This document shows positions 47,098-57,825 of a DNA stretch of 64,000 bases, piece by piece. Source of the stretch: a bacterium (GTDB lineage: Bacteria > UBA8248); contig OZ241875.1 in NCBI GenBank assembly GCA_965203325.1, forward strand, positions 992,001 through 1,056,000. The letters run 5' to 3'. A program made the position numbers and the translations under genes. Positions within the stretch are counted from its first letter, which is position 1; every line of letters begins with the position of its first letter. The notes beneath the pieces are model-generated. The model had not been told where the DNA came from. It ran no database searches and saw only the letters and a program-made list of their open reading frames with translations.

Positions 47098-47778
47098 ATG
47101 AGTCCTACAGGAAGGGCCTGCGTAGCAGAAGCCATCGGCACGTTTGCACTGTGCTTCATCGGCGCGGGCTCCATCATCTTGAATCAGAAAACGGGCGGAG
47201 CCGTAGGTTTAATCGGCATCGCCTTGGCCCATGGTTTGATCCTCTCGGTCATGATTTCCGCCATGGGGCACGTCTCGGGCGGTCATTTCAATCCTGCAGT
47301 CACGATCGGCTTCATGGTGACCAAAAAAACAGACAGCGGCACGGGTATCTCCTACATCATCAGCCAACTCGTGGGCGGAACCGTGGCCGGCATCCTGTTG
47401 AGAATCATCTTTGCCGCCGACGTCTGGCAAAAGGTGAATCTGGGAACACCGACGCTGGCAAGTGACGTGAGCTTCGGCATGGGGATTCTGATCGAAATCA
47501 TCCTCACGTTCTTCCTTGTCACCGCTATCTGGGGCTCCGCCGTAGACGACAGACACCCCGACGTGGGTGGTTTCGCGATCGGCCTCACCATCGCCGCAGA
47601 CATTTTGATGGGTGGCCCACTCACGGGCGCATCCATGAATCCGGCCCGCACGTTCGGTCCCGCACTGGCCGGAGGCGGTTTCGACGGCATCAATCACCTC
47701 GTCTACTGGATAGGGCCCATCATCGGCGGCGTGGCGGCGGCGCTGGTGTACAACAACATATTGATTAAAAAAGAATAA
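47098..47778 (+). CDS. MIP family channel (aquaporin)
   Basis: SGGHFNPAVT and GASMNPAR; VYWIGP. Confidence 0.95.
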   Translation: MSPTGRACVAEAIGTFALCFIGAGSIILNQKTGGAVGLIGIALAHGLILSVMISAMGHVSGGHFNPAVTIGFMVTKKTDSGTGISYIISQLVGGTVAGILLRIIFAADVWQKVNLGTPTLASDVSFGMGILIEIILTFFLVTAIWGSAVDDRHPDVGGFAIGLTIAADILMGGPLTGASMNPARTFGPALAGGGFDGINHLVYWIGPIIGGVAAALVYNNILIKKE

Positions 47779-47785
47779 AGAAAAA

Positions 47786-47818
47786 ACCGCCCCGGCACTT
47801 ATCAACTGCCGGGGCGGG
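47786..47818. terminator. Hairpin terminator between convergent genes
   Basis: CCGCCCCGGCA/TGCCGGGGCGG stem preceded by an A-tract. Confidence 0.7.
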
Positions 47819-47831
47819 TGCGTCCGGTTTC

Positions 47832-48794
47832 TTACGCGTCTTCTCTGACAACGTTGCTGGGTGAACCCCTTAAAAATGCTTCGATGTTCGCTACCGGCAC
47901 GTCGCGGAACCTCGCATACGTGCCGTCTGTAATCCAGGCCGAATGCGGCGTGATGACGACGTTATCCAAAGAACGATATATCGAATCTTCCGGCAACGGC
48001 TCGAAAGGTTCGAAAACATCGAGTCCCCCACCCGCGATGCGCCGATTTCGCAAGGCGTCGAGCAGCGCATCCTCATCCACATACTGAGCGCGCGCTGTAT
48101 TGATGAAAAACGCCGTCTCTTTCATCCGGGCGAATTTCTCTCTCGTCATGAAGGGCGCTGCGTCCGCCGGCAAATGTAGTTGAAGCGATACCACATCAGA
48201 CGCGAGGCATTCCTCCACAGTAGCCGCTTCCGCCCCCTCTGCTTGTGCACGCTCTGGCGTCATCGAAGGCGAACATGTGATAACCCGCATACCGAAACCC
48301 AGGGCCATACGGCAAACCAGACGAGCGATGTGACCGAAACCGATGAGTCCCAGCGTCTTCCCGGCAAGTTCGACTCCCAGATCCTGTGGCCAGCCGCCCT
48401 CCTTCATGGCGGGGAACATGAGCGGCATTCTTTTCGCCAGCGTCAGGATCAGCATCATCGTGTGCTCGGCCACCGAAGAGGCGCTCGCCGCAGGCGTCGT
48501 GCTCACTACAATCCCGCGCTCGTTCGCGCGAGCCATGTCGACCATGCGCGGGCGCGTACCCATTACGGAAATCATCTTGAGATGAGGAATGTGATCCAGT
48601 AAATCGGTTGTCTTGAAGTCGGTCTGGTACCTGGTCGTGAGAATGATTTCCGCTTCTTTCAGGCGCTCGCGGAGCGATACTTCGCTGTCAGCATTCTCGG
48701 TGTAGTAATGCACGTCGCCCAAGGCACGCAGGCGCCCGAGGGCTTCGGAGTCTTCAAACAAGCGGAAGCAATCGTCTGGAATAACGATTTGCAT
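47832..48794 (-). CDS. D-isomer-specific 2-hydroxyacid dehydrogenase
   Basis: GLIGFGHIA; FINTARA; GLDVFE..EP; TPHSAW. Confidence 0.92.
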   Translation of the reverse strand: MQIVIPDDCFRLFEDSEALGRLRALGDVHYYTENADSEVSLRERLKEAEIILTTRYQTDFKTTDLLDHIPHLKMISVMGTRPRMVDMARANERGIVVSTTPAASASSVAEHTMMLILTLAKRMPLMFPAMKEGGWPQDLGVELAGKTLGLIGFGHIARLVCRMALGFGMRVITCSPSMTPERAQAEGAEAATVEECLASDVVSLQLHLPADAAPFMTREKFARMKETAFFINTARAQYVDEDALLDALRNRRIAGGGLDVFEPFEPLPEDSIYRSLDNVVITPHSAWITDGTYARFRDVPVANIEAFLRGSPSNVVREDA

Positions 48795-48804
48795 CGATGA
48801 GGCT

Positions 48805-49884
48805 TTAACTGTCGCTCACGATAATGACCGCCGCTTTTTCGATGGTCAAGCGAACCTTGCTGCCCACACCAAAGAATTGGTGCGGGTCGCCGATGACTCG
48901 AAGCGGCTCATTCAGACCCGGCACCTTCACGAGGTAATCCACCGTGCTGCCGAAATAATAGCCGCGCGTCACTTCGCCATCGAGGACATTCTGGGCATCC
49001 GCGCCGCCCACGTCGGCATTCTCGGCATGAACATGAATGCGGTGGGGTCTTATGGATACAAGCTCTCCCGTTTTTCCGCCGTCTGCGTTCATCATGAACT
49101 TTGCGCCGTCATTAGCCTCAAAAAGTTCCGGAGAACTTATCTTTCCGGGAATCGAGTTCGTCACGCCGACGAATTCAGCCACGAACTTCGTCGCCGGTAT
49201 GTCGTATATGTCGGACGGCTTGCCCACCTGCTCGATCTTGCCGCTGTTCATGACGCAGATTCTGTCGCTTGTGACCATGGCTTCGGCCTGGTCGTGGGTC
49301 ACGTAAATGCTCGTGATGTTGAACTCATCGTGCAGGCGCCTGATCTCGAAGCGCATCTCCTCGCGCAGGTTGGCGTCGAGATTCGAGAGCGGTTCATCCA
49401 GCAGCAAAACGGCCGGCTCGACCACGAGGGCGCGGGCCAGTGCCACGCGCTGCTGCTGGCCGCCAGAGAGCTCCGCCGGGTATCTGGCGCCTAGATGGTC
49501 CATCTGCACGACGGAAAGCAGGCTTTTCACGCGCTTGTCCGCCTCTGCTCCCGTGATACCCCGGAATTTCAACCCATAGCCCACATTCTGGGACACTGTT
49601 TTGTGCGGCCAGATGGCGTAGCTCTGGAAAATCATGCTCATGTTGCGGCGCTCTGGCGGTATGACGCTTCTCACATTCGATACGACATCCCCGTCCATTA
49701 TAATTTCACCGCCGTTCGGCTCAATGAAACCCGCCACGAGACGCAGAGTCGTCGTCTTGCCGCAACCCGAAGGCCCCAGAAGAGAGATCAACTCCCCGTG
49801 TTCGATGTGCAGATCGATTTCATCCACCGCCCGAACGTCAGTGCCGAATATCTTCAACAGACCTTTTAAGTCTAGAACAGCCAA
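48805..49884 (-). CDS. ABC transporter ATP-binding subunit (FbpC/PotA-like)
   Basis: GPSGCGKT; LSGGQQQR; LLLDEP; C-terminal TOBE-like domain. Confidence 0.95.
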   Translation of the reverse strand: MAVLDLKGLLKIFGTDVRAVDEIDLHIEHGELISLLGPSGCGKTTTLRLVAGFIEPNGGEIIMDGDVVSNVRSVIPPERRNMSMIFQSYAIWPHKTVSQNVGYGLKFRGITGAEADKRVKSLLSVVQMDHLGARYPAELSGGQQQRVALARALVVEPAVLLLDEPLSNLDANLREEMRFEIRRLHDEFNITSIYVTHDQAEAMVTSDRICVMNSGKIEQVGKPSDIYDIPATKFVAEFVGVTNSIPGKISSPELFEANDGAKFMMNADGGKTGELVSIRPHRIHVHAENADVGGADAQNVLDGEVTRGYYFGSTVDYLVKVPGLNEPLRVIGDPHQFFGVGSKVRLTIEKAAVIIVSDS

Positions 49885-49900
49885 CGCAACTCTCCCTTCT

Positions 49901-51646
49901 CTATCCAGCGGAACGCATGAAGTCCCTGCCTACCAAACGGAAACCGGCCGCTATCGCCACCAAAGTGATGAGCAGAAGCAAAACCCCTAAAGCCGATATG
50001 GGACCCAACAGCGATTCCTCGTAAAAATCAACGATGACCACCGAGATGACCTTCGTATTCGTCGTCCACAACAGAACCGAGGCGCTCAATTCCCTGAGCG
50101 AGGGCATGAACACCAATATCCATGAGGCGATGACGGCCGTCTTGAACAAGGGTATCGTCACGTCCTTGAAAACCTGAAGCCGATTCGCGCCCATGATGCG
50201 GCTACTCTCCTCGAGTTCGGGATGAATGCTCGTGAGACCCGCGTTCGACGTCTGGTAAGCCAATGGCAGGTATTTGGTCAGATACGCCAGGAACATGATC
50301 CATAACGTCCCATACAGAACAAAAGGCTGCTTGGTATATGCCGCGAACAAACCGACCGCCAGGACGATGCCGGGAATCCCGATGGGCGCGGTCGCCATGA
50401 ATCCCAGATATTGATGGCCCTTGATGAGCTTGCGCTGCGCGATGAAAGCGGAAATCGCGGCCACGATCGTGGCGCCGGTCGCCGCCATGATGGCCAAGAG
50501 AATCGTATTGTATATCGACACTCTCACTGCATCGTTCGTCAGGATGAAATGATAATTCGATAAGGTGAAGTTCGCCCATACCAATCCACCACCCAGGTTT
50601 TTCATGAACGACGTAGTCAGCAAAGAGAATCCAGGCAGAACGATGGCGCACAAGAGCGGAATCATGCAGAGCACGAATATCGGGATTCGCCAGACGCCCA
50701 GCTTTTGCGGCCGCCTCTGCCCACCCTTGCCGCCGACGGTGGCGTAGCCCCTGCGGCCCAAAATAATGCCCCGCGTCCAGACCATGCCGATTGCCAGAAC
50801 AAGCATGGGCATGGCGTAGGCAGAGGCCAAACCGAGCAGATCGTCTTCCGACACCATAAAAGCACGAAGCTGGGTCGTCATCGTGTGCTGACCCGCCGGT
50901 ATCGCCAAAACCGCCGGGATACCGAAAAGAATCATCGCCTCGAGCGCCGCCAGAATGAAACCAGCGAACAAAGAGGGCGCCACAAGCGGCAAGGTGATGC
51001 TGAACATGGTATGGAACGTGCCGCCGCCCGCCACGTTTGCCGCGTCTTCCACGTCCGATGAGATATTGTTCAGGCCTGCCAAAACGACGATAAAGACGAG
51101 GGGAAACGTGTAGAGCGACATGGCGAATATGACGCCCTTCATCGTGAAGATATCGAACAGGTAAAACTCATCGCTCAGGCCGAATATCAAACGTATCAAC
51201 TTGTTCAGCCACCCTTCGTTTTGCCCCGCCAGGAATATCCAGGCAATGGCGCCCAGGAAAGGAGGCGTCACGAAAGAGGCCAGGATGCCGTTCCTGATCA
51301 GATTCGGGAAAGGAATATCCGTTCGGCTGACCACCCAGGCCATCACGGCCCCGACCACCAGGGATATGCTGCCCACGGAGACGGCGAGCATCATCGTGAT
51401 GTACATCGGCTTGTAGTATTCATCGGTCTCGAAAGCGTCGATATAATTCTGGAAGGTGAAGCCGCCGGCCTCATCTTCAGAAACGAAGAAGCTTTCCTTG
51501 AAGAGCTGGAAGATGGGATTCGCCACCAAGATGACTAGAAGTATTAAGATAGCCACCCAGACGATGACGGTATAGTCGAATTTTCTGGTGGCCGAAGGTT
51601 CGCCTCCCGAGATCATTCCGGGTAACTGTTGTGCATCCTGCGTCAT
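49901..51646 (-). CDS. ABC transporter fused double permease (FbpB-like)
   Basis: Many TM segments; two EAA loops (EDAANVAGG, EESSRIMGA). Confidence 0.92.
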   Translation of the reverse strand: MTQDAQQLPGMISGGEPSATRKFDYTVIVWVAILILLVILVANPIFQLFKESFFVSEDEAGGFTFQNYIDAFETDEYYKPMYITMMLAVSVGSISLVVGAVMAWVVSRTDIPFPNLIRNGILASFVTPPFLGAIAWIFLAGQNEGWLNKLIRLIFGLSDEFYLFDIFTMKGVIFAMSLYTFPLVFIVVLAGLNNISSDVEDAANVAGGGTFHTMFSITLPLVAPSLFAGFILAALEAMILFGIPAVLAIPAGQHTMTTQLRAFMVSEDDLLGLASAYAMPMLVLAIGMVWTRGIILGRRGYATVGGKGGQRRPQKLGVWRIPIFVLCMIPLLCAIVLPGFSLLTTSFMKNLGGGLVWANFTLSNYHFILTNDAVRVSIYNTILLAIMAATGATIVAAISAFIAQRKLIKGHQYLGFMATAPIGIPGIVLAVGLFAAYTKQPFVLYGTLWIMFLAYLTKYLPLAYQTSNAGLTSIHPELEESSRIMGANRLQVFKDVTIPLFKTAVIASWILVFMPSLRELSASVLLWTTNTKVISVVIVDFYEESLLGPISALGVLLLLITLVAIAAGFRLVGRDFMRSAG

Positions 51647-51761
51647 ATGCGCGTGTTTCCTTTTAGTCGTTAAGTGATGCCCGATCCATTGCGTCCATCA
51701 AAATAATGAAACGGGAGCGATTTCTTGATTTCATGCAAGAAATCGCTCCCGCTCATGCTTT

Positions 51762-52781
51762 TTACACGCCGAATAGCTTCTTGAATTTCGCCCTTGTTGG
51801 CTTGTTTTTCTTCTTCAGTTCCGCCCCACCAATGGCCATCAGTTTGATGTCCTTGAGCGCAGGTAGTCCTTTGGGATATTTCACATCGGGATTGCCCACG
51901 TAGAGGAAGAGGTCCGCGAGAAGCTGCATGTTTTCCTGGGTGAACAGGTAATCGGTGAACACGCGCGCGGCGTTGGGGTTCGGCGCTTTCGTGAATACAG
52001 CGTTGGGCGAAGTGATCAAAGCCAAACCTGTCGGGGGAACGACGGGCTTGAGCGGTTCGCCTTTCTGGATTTGCTTGAGCAGGGAGTAAGAAGTCGTGCC
52101 CGCGCCTAACCAAAGTTCACCACGAGCTACGAGAGGAATACCGCCGGCCGCCGATTGCACGATTTTGGGCTTTTGCTTGGCCATTTTCTCATAATAACCC
52201 CAGCCGAATCTGTTCACGATGTTGATCATGCCGTTCGTGACAAATCCGCTGTAGCTCGGATGCGAGTGAACGATTTTACCCTTCCACTTGGGGTCGAGGA
52301 AATCAGCGTAAGTCTTGGGCGCATCTTTCTCTTTGATTTTCTTGGTGTTGTAGAAAGGCATCAACACGCCAGCGCGAAGAATCGTCCAGTAGTTGTCCTT
52401 GGTCACAAACATCGAGTTGAAGTTGTCCGTTCCGGCCGGCTTGTAGGGCGTGATGATTTTCTTGGCTTTCAGGTTCAGGAAATGGCCCAGGTTCGACGTG
52501 TGGATCACGTCGGCGACGTAAATGCCACCTTTGCGCTCCTGCAGATAACGACGATAGAGCTTGCCCGAACCGTCTCGGTGGAGGATGCACTTGATACCCG
52601 TTTTTTTCTTGTTATAGGCGTTACAAACAGCCTGCGAAACAGGTAGCGTCAGAGAAGAATACCAAGTGACTTTCCCCTCTTTCTTGGCGGCGCGCATGGT
52701 CGCCTCATCCGCGGCGAACGTCGGTGCGCTCAACAACGCCACCGCCAACAGACCAGCAATGATTCCTTTCAGCATTTTCAT
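51762..52781 (-). CDS. ABC transporter substrate-binding protein (FbpA/AfuA-like)
   Basis: Signal peptide; AAKKEGKVTWYSS; DFLDPKWKGK; APNPNAARVF. Confidence 0.9.
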   Translation of the reverse strand: MKMLKGIIAGLLAVALLSAPTFAADEATMRAAKKEGKVTWYSSLTLPVSQAVCNAYNKKKTGIKCILHRDGSGKLYRRYLQERKGGIYVADVIHTSNLGHFLNLKAKKIITPYKPAGTDNFNSMFVTKDNYWTILRAGVLMPFYNTKKIKEKDAPKTYADFLDPKWKGKIVHSHPSYSGFVTNGMINIVNRFGWGYYEKMAKQKPKIVQSAAGGIPLVARGELWLGAGTTSYSLLKQIQKGEPLKPVVPPTGLALITSPNAVFTKAPNPNAARVFTDYLFTQENMQLLADLFLYVGNPDVKYPKGLPALKDIKLMAIGGAELKKKNKPTRAKFKKLFGV

Positions 52782-52986
52782 TCTCCTCTGCTTTTTGAAT
52801 TAGCAGTCCAAAAGAGTGCGAAGATTCTCAGTTTCAAGAATCTTCAGAGTACGTTCTATCTACCCACAAACCAAAATGTAAGATGTTTCAAAAGGTAAGC
52901 CGAATCATATCAAAACTACCCGCATCGTCAAGCACGCCGAATTTCGTAATGGAACACCCCATCGGGGGCTTCGAAACTCATTATTT

Positions 52987-54252
52987 TCATCGTGAGATCT
53001 CTGCACTTTTCCCTTGCAGCTTTCCTCCAGCGATAAAACGCCGGGCGACAAAAATGGTGGCGACCCCTCCCAGGATAGCCGCGACTCCCGGCCCGATGAA
53101 CGCCCAATCCCAATTCACGGGAAGTGCCCCATCGCCCGAGTCGTTGCTCATGTCCAGGAATTTCCCCACCACCATGGGCGAGAGGGAGCCGAGCAGAAAG
53201 CCCAAGCCCGACTGGATTCCCAATGCGGAGCCGAGGTGGCGTCTGGGTGTGAGTTCCGTGGTCAACACCACCAGCACGGGAGCGTCCACGTGCATCACGA
53301 TCACCCAGACCAGGCACAAAATCTGCAATATGGCGAAAGGCGCTCCGAATGCGAGACCGATGGAAACCGAAATGAGGCCGCTCAGAAAAAGGCTCGCGGT
53401 AATCGTGGGCGGCCTGCCGATGCGGTCGGCGAACCAGCCGCCAATGAGCTTCGAGACGGCGCTCAGCCCGATGATCAGGGCGGCGGATGAGGAAGCGACT
53501 TGCAGGGCGCTCTCGCGCGTCTCGGTGCCCGTCATCACCAGGGAAGCCGCCAGGAAGGTGACTATCCAGCCCCTGAACGCGAATACCTCCCACCTGTGCG
53601 CGCCCACAACGCCCATGAGCACCCACACGGGAGCCGGCAGCCTGGGGAACTCAAACCCGGCGTCTCCATCCCCTCTCGGCGAGGGCAGAGGCGGGAGAAA
53701 AAACATCATGGCAAGAAAACCGATTGCGGGACCCAGAGACGTCAACGCGAACGCCGTGCGCCATTCGAAATTCGCGACAAGCACACCCGTTACATAAATC
53801 GAGGTGGCGACTCCCACGGTGTAAAAAAACGTGTAAATTCCCACCATGCGGGCGCGTCTCCCTTCCGGGGCGTACTCCGCCACCAGCCGAAGCGCAGGCG
53901 CATAGGTGCCGGCCAGTCCTACGCCAGTGAGACCTCGAAACACCGAAGCGCTGATGAAGCCATCAGCAAGAAGCGGGAACATGAAATTCAGGAGCGTCAG
54001 CCAGAGGCTAGAGGCCAGATATATCTTTTTCGCGCTCATGTAGTCCGTTGCGGTCGCCAGCACGGCCGCGGCGAGAATGTAGCCCACGTAAAACGCCGTA
54101 TAAATCGTGCCGGCCTGCACGTTCGTGAGGTTCCATTCCGCCTTGAACAGCGGAAGCGCCGCCACATAATTCGCATAGACGAACATCATCGGCACCTGGG
54201 CCGCGCAAATCGCCCAAAGCCAATGGGTGGATGTTCCGTCGCGCTTTCTCAT
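52987..54252 (-). CDS. MFS transporter
   Basis: About 12 hydrophobic segments; GWFADRIGR motif. Confidence 0.88.
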   Translation of the reverse strand: MRKRDGTSTHWLWAICAAQVPMMFVYANYVAALPLFKAEWNLTNVQAGTIYTAFYVGYILAAAVLATATDYMSAKKIYLASSLWLTLLNFMFPLLADGFISASVFRGLTGVGLAGTYAPALRLVAEYAPEGRRARMVGIYTFFYTVGVATSIYVTGVLVANFEWRTAFALTSLGPAIGFLAMMFFLPPLPSPRGDGDAGFEFPRLPAPVWVLMGVVGAHRWEVFAFRGWIVTFLAASLVMTGTETRESALQVASSSAALIIGLSAVSKLIGGWFADRIGRPPTITASLFLSGLISVSIGLAFGAPFAILQILCLVWVIVMHVDAPVLVVLTTELTPRRHLGSALGIQSGLGFLLGSLSPMVVGKFLDMSNDSGDGALPVNWDWAFIGPGVAAILGGVATIFVARRFIAGGKLQGKSAEISR

Positions 54253-54403
54253 ACGAATCCTCTGGTTCCAAAATGAGAAAGAGGATAAAGGATTCAACAT
54301 ACTCTGGCGAGGGAGCGGGCATTTTCTTGCGCTGACTATCCGACAACGAGCATCCTGATGTAATCTGCGTTCATAATAGATTCCAATTCCACGGAGTTTA
54401 CGG

Positions 54404-55282
54404 ATGCCGACACCCATCATTGATTTCAGGGTCTCATGCCCCATTCCCGAGGGTCTGGACAGATACCTGAAACCGACGGGCCGCTTAGCGGATTACGCCA
54501 AACATTACGGGGACAGGGTTTTCGGCAATACGGAAGAGCACCGCTACATGAAGCCGGAGGAGTTCGTCGCCTTTTTGGATGAACAAGGGGTGGACAAGGC
54601 CGTTATCAAGACTTCCGACATGACGACGATCTCGGGCACGAAATTTCCCGCCGACGTTTTGCACGAATACATCAAGGATTATCCGGATCGCCTCATCGGA
54701 ACGGCGGGATGCGACCCATTTCGCGGTATGGATGCGCTGCGCGATCTGGAGCGCGACGTGAAAGAATACGGCCTGCGGGGCGTCAACATGGGACCATGGG
54801 AGCTCGGGCTTCATGCGAACGACAAGAAGTTCTATCCCATTTACGCCAAATGCGTGGAGTTGAACATCCCCGTCTTGCTCCACACGTCCATGAACCTCTC
54901 GAGTTCGAACCTGCTCGATTTCGGGCGTCCGATTTATCTGGACGAGGTGGCGAGAGATTTTCCCGAACTTCGCATCGTAGCGGTGCACGGAGGCTGGCCG
55001 TGGATACTGGAGATGATCGCCATAAGTTGGCGGCACCCCAATCTGTACATCGAAGTCAGCGGAACGATGCCCAAATACATCGCCACGCCCGACACCGGCT
55101 GGGAGCCATTGATACGCTACGGGAACTCGGTGCTCAAGAACAAAATTCTCTGGGCATCGAACTGGCCGATGATCAGCCCCAAGGAAAGTCTGGCCGAATT
55201 CGATAATTTTCCACTGAAAGACGACGTGAAAAAACTTTGGTTCGGTGGAAACGCTCTCAGGGTTTTGGGACTGGAAGAATAA
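54404..55282 (+). CDS. Amidohydrolase_2 family protein
   Basis: YPIYAKCVELNIPVLLH; VHGGWPW; ILWASNWP. Confidence 0.88.
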   Translation: MPTPIIDFRVSCPIPEGLDRYLKPTGRLADYAKHYGDRVFGNTEEHRYMKPEEFVAFLDEQGVDKAVIKTSDMTTISGTKFPADVLHEYIKDYPDRLIGTAGCDPFRGMDALRDLERDVKEYGLRGVNMGPWELGLHANDKKFYPIYAKCVELNIPVLLHTSMNLSSSNLLDFGRPIYLDEVARDFPELRIVAVHGGWPWILEMIAISWRHPNLYIEVSGTMPKYIATPDTGWEPLIRYGNSVLKNKILWASNWPMISPKESLAEFDNFPLKDDVKKLWFGGNALRVLGLEE

Positions 55283-55296
55283 GCCTCAAAAGACGA

Positions 55297-55331
55297 AAAA
55301 AGGCGGGAGCTTTGGTCACTCCCGCCTTTTC
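55297..55331. terminator. Bidirectional intrinsic terminator
   Basis: AAAAAGGCGGGAG...CTCCCGCCTTTT between convergent genes. Confidence 0.85.
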
Positions 55332-55358
55332 GTTCCGATGCTGTCGTTCCGAGATTGT

Positions 55359-56252
55359 CTACGTCGCCGCCACCGCTTCTTCGACCAGACCGTATTCTCG
55401 GGCGAACGCTTCCAGCTTTGCCATATTGGCGTCAGACGGCGCGCAAAGCGGCAGCCTGTATTCCAGCGCGATGCGCCCCATAATCGCCAGAGTCGCTTTC
55501 GCCGGAATAGGGTTCGTTTCGCAGAACATCATGTGATTGAGTTCCCACATCTTGTAATGCAGCGCTTTCGCCGTGGCGGTATCTCCATCGAGTTGGGCTT
55601 GGCACATCCGGGCCACGTCCGCAGGCGCCACGTTCGCCGTCACCGAGATCGTGCCCACACCGCCCATCGCCATCATGGGCAGCGTGACGAAATCATCGCC
55701 TGAAAGCACGATGAAATCGTCCGGCACACGGGAAACGATGTTGCAGCAATTCGCCAGATCCCCGGTCGCTTCCTTGATGCCCACAATGTTGGGAATCTCC
55801 GAGAGGCGCGCCACCGTTTCGGGGGCTATCTGCACCACCGTGCGGCCCGGCACGTTGTAGAGAACGATCGGGATATCGGCTGATTCAGCGATTGCGCGGA
55901 AATGTTGATACAGGCCTTCCTGCGTAGGCTTGTTGTAGTAAGGCGCCACCAGGAGCGCCCCATCCGCACCGGCCCGCATGGCGTACTGGGTGCGCTGAAC
56001 GGCCTCTGCGGTGCTGTTCGAACCCGAGCCGGCGATGACCGGAATCCTCCCGTTCACCTGCTCGATCACCAACTCCACGACCCGGTCGTGTTCTTCATGG
56101 CTCAGCGTGGCGGACTCTCCCGTGGTCCCACACGCCACAATCCCGTGCGTTCCATTTTCAACATGAAATTCCACCAGAGAGCGAACGCCCTCTTCGTCGA
56201 GCTTTCCGTCGCGGAACGGAGTGACCATTGCGACATAAGAACCCTTAAACAT
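55359..56252 (-). CDS. dapA: 4-hydroxy-tetrahydrodipicolinate synthase
   Basis: MFKGSYVAMVTPF; GTTGES; PYYNKPTQ; LYNVPGRT; GIKEATG; ETNPIP. Confidence 0.96.
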   Translation of the reverse strand: MFKGSYVAMVTPFRDGKLDEEGVRSLVEFHVENGTHGIVACGTTGESATLSHEEHDRVVELVIEQVNGRIPVIAGSGSNSTAEAVQRTQYAMRAGADGALLVAPYYNKPTQEGLYQHFRAIAESADIPIVLYNVPGRTVVQIAPETVARLSEIPNIVGIKEATGDLANCCNIVSRVPDDFIVLSGDDFVTLPMMAMGGVGTISVTANVAPADVARMCQAQLDGDTATAKALHYKMWELNHMMFCETNPIPAKATLAIMGRIALEYRLPLCAPSDANMAKLEAFAREYGLVEEAVAAT

Positions 56253-56622
56253 GAGAAGACCTCCTTCTCCTTCCGCCCATGCGGCAAAAAAGAATGTCAT
56301 ACCCCATTTTCAGACAGGGCACGCTTGACGTGTGTCACATTTGTGTACAGAAATTTCGTCAATACCCCTTTGGTAGTGCAAATCCTATCAGAGCAACCAA
56401 GCAGACGCAAGAAATGGAAATTAAGGATGTCGCGCAGACAGAGTTTCTCGCCGTCATAAGCAGGGATATGAGCATCCGAGCGGGGCTCCCACCGACCCAT
56501 TATTTTCCGCTTTGACAAGCACATGGAAAAAGTCTTTAATTGGTTCAAGTTCAAGGGGAACCGATAATCCCCTTGGCTCCTTCACCAACCCGCCCGTATC
56601 GACAGCAATTTAAGGAAAGCGC

Positions 56623-57807
56623 ATGTTATTCGCTTTGGGTCACCATCGGCGATCCCGTTTAACCGTCATCACAACCTTCGTCTTCTTGTTCACATTTTCT
56701 CTAATTCTCGGCGTCGATTCGGCTTCCGCGCGCCGAAAACGTTCCCGCAAAAAACCCATTCCCTATCGCTCGATCCTGCTGATTGAAGCGAACACGGGAC
56801 GAGTCCTGAAAGCACGCAATGAACGGCTTCCAACAAAACCCGCTTCTATCGTGAAAATGATGACGGCGTTAATCGCCATGGAACAAATTAGAAGAAACAT
56901 CATCCACCTCGACGATATCATCACAACCAGCAGAAGCGCCTCCCGGATCGGGGGCCAACAAGTGTATTTGAAGCAAGGGGAAAAATTTACCCTGAGAGAT
57001 TTGATGAAATCCATCATCATCAGTTCTGCAAACGATTCATCCTACGCCGTGGCGGAACACATCGCCGGAGACGCCGAAGCCTTCGTCGATATGATGAACC
57101 AGCGCGCCAAGGAACTCGGCATGACGAACACCCGTTTCGTCAACGTCAACGGGCTTCCGCCGGGCGGAAAAAAACCGACCAATCAAATGAGCGCGCGCGA
57201 CGCCGGCATTCTTGCCCGCGAGTTGATCAAGTATCCGCTCATCATGAAGTGGAGCGCCACCAAGAACGCTCCTTTCAGGAACGGGAGCTTCATCCTTACG
57301 AACACGAACACTCTCCTCGGGCGGTTTCGCGGGGTCGATGGCCTCAAAACAGGCTATCACCGCAAAGCGGGATTCAGCATCGCCGCCACAGCCAAACGCA
57401 AAAACCTAAGACTCATCGCCGTCGTAATGGGGTCGAGCCACTCCAGACGCCGATTCAAAGAGGCCAAGCGTCTGCTCGCATGGGGTTTCAACCAATACCG
57501 CTGGATCGATTTGGGCAAGACGAAAAAGCCGAAACGCCAGCAAATCAAGGTGCTGAAGGGCCAGAAACGGACGGTACGCATCCAGCTCAAGGAAAGTGTC
57601 CAGACATTGGTAAAAAGGGGTGAAGAAAAACGTATCTCCATGAAACTGGAGTTGCCCGAAGAGGTAACCGCACCCGTCCGCGCCGGCCAAAAAGTGGGCC
57701 GCGTCACGTATGAACTGGGAGGCAACAAAATCGGCGGGACCGACCTCGTGGCCGCTGAACCGGTCAAAAAATTAGGCTTTTTCCAATCTTTGTTCCGATT
57801 CCGCTAA
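56623..57807 (+). CDS. D-alanyl-D-alanine carboxypeptidase (peptidase S11, PBP5/6-like)
   Basis: SIVK (SxxK), SAN (SxN), KTG; C-terminal PBP5 beta domain. Confidence 0.93.
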   Translation: MLFALGHHRRSRLTVITTFVFLFTFSLILGVDSASARRKRSRKKPIPYRSILLIEANTGRVLKARNERLPTKPASIVKMMTALIAMEQIRRNIIHLDDIITTSRSASRIGGQQVYLKQGEKFTLRDLMKSIIISSANDSSYAVAEHIAGDAEAFVDMMNQRAKELGMTNTRFVNVNGLPPGGKKPTNQMSARDAGILARELIKYPLIMKWSATKNAPFRNGSFILTNTNTLLGRFRGVDGLKTGYHRKAGFSIAATAKRKNLRLIAVVMGSSHSRRRFKEAKRLLAWGFNQYRWIDLGKTKKPKRQQIKVLKGQKRTVRIQLKESVQTLVKRGEEKRISMKLELPEEVTAPVRAGQKVGRVTYELGGNKIGGTDLVAAEPVKKLGFFQSLFRFR

Positions 57808-57825
57808 ACGCACGTATCCAAACAA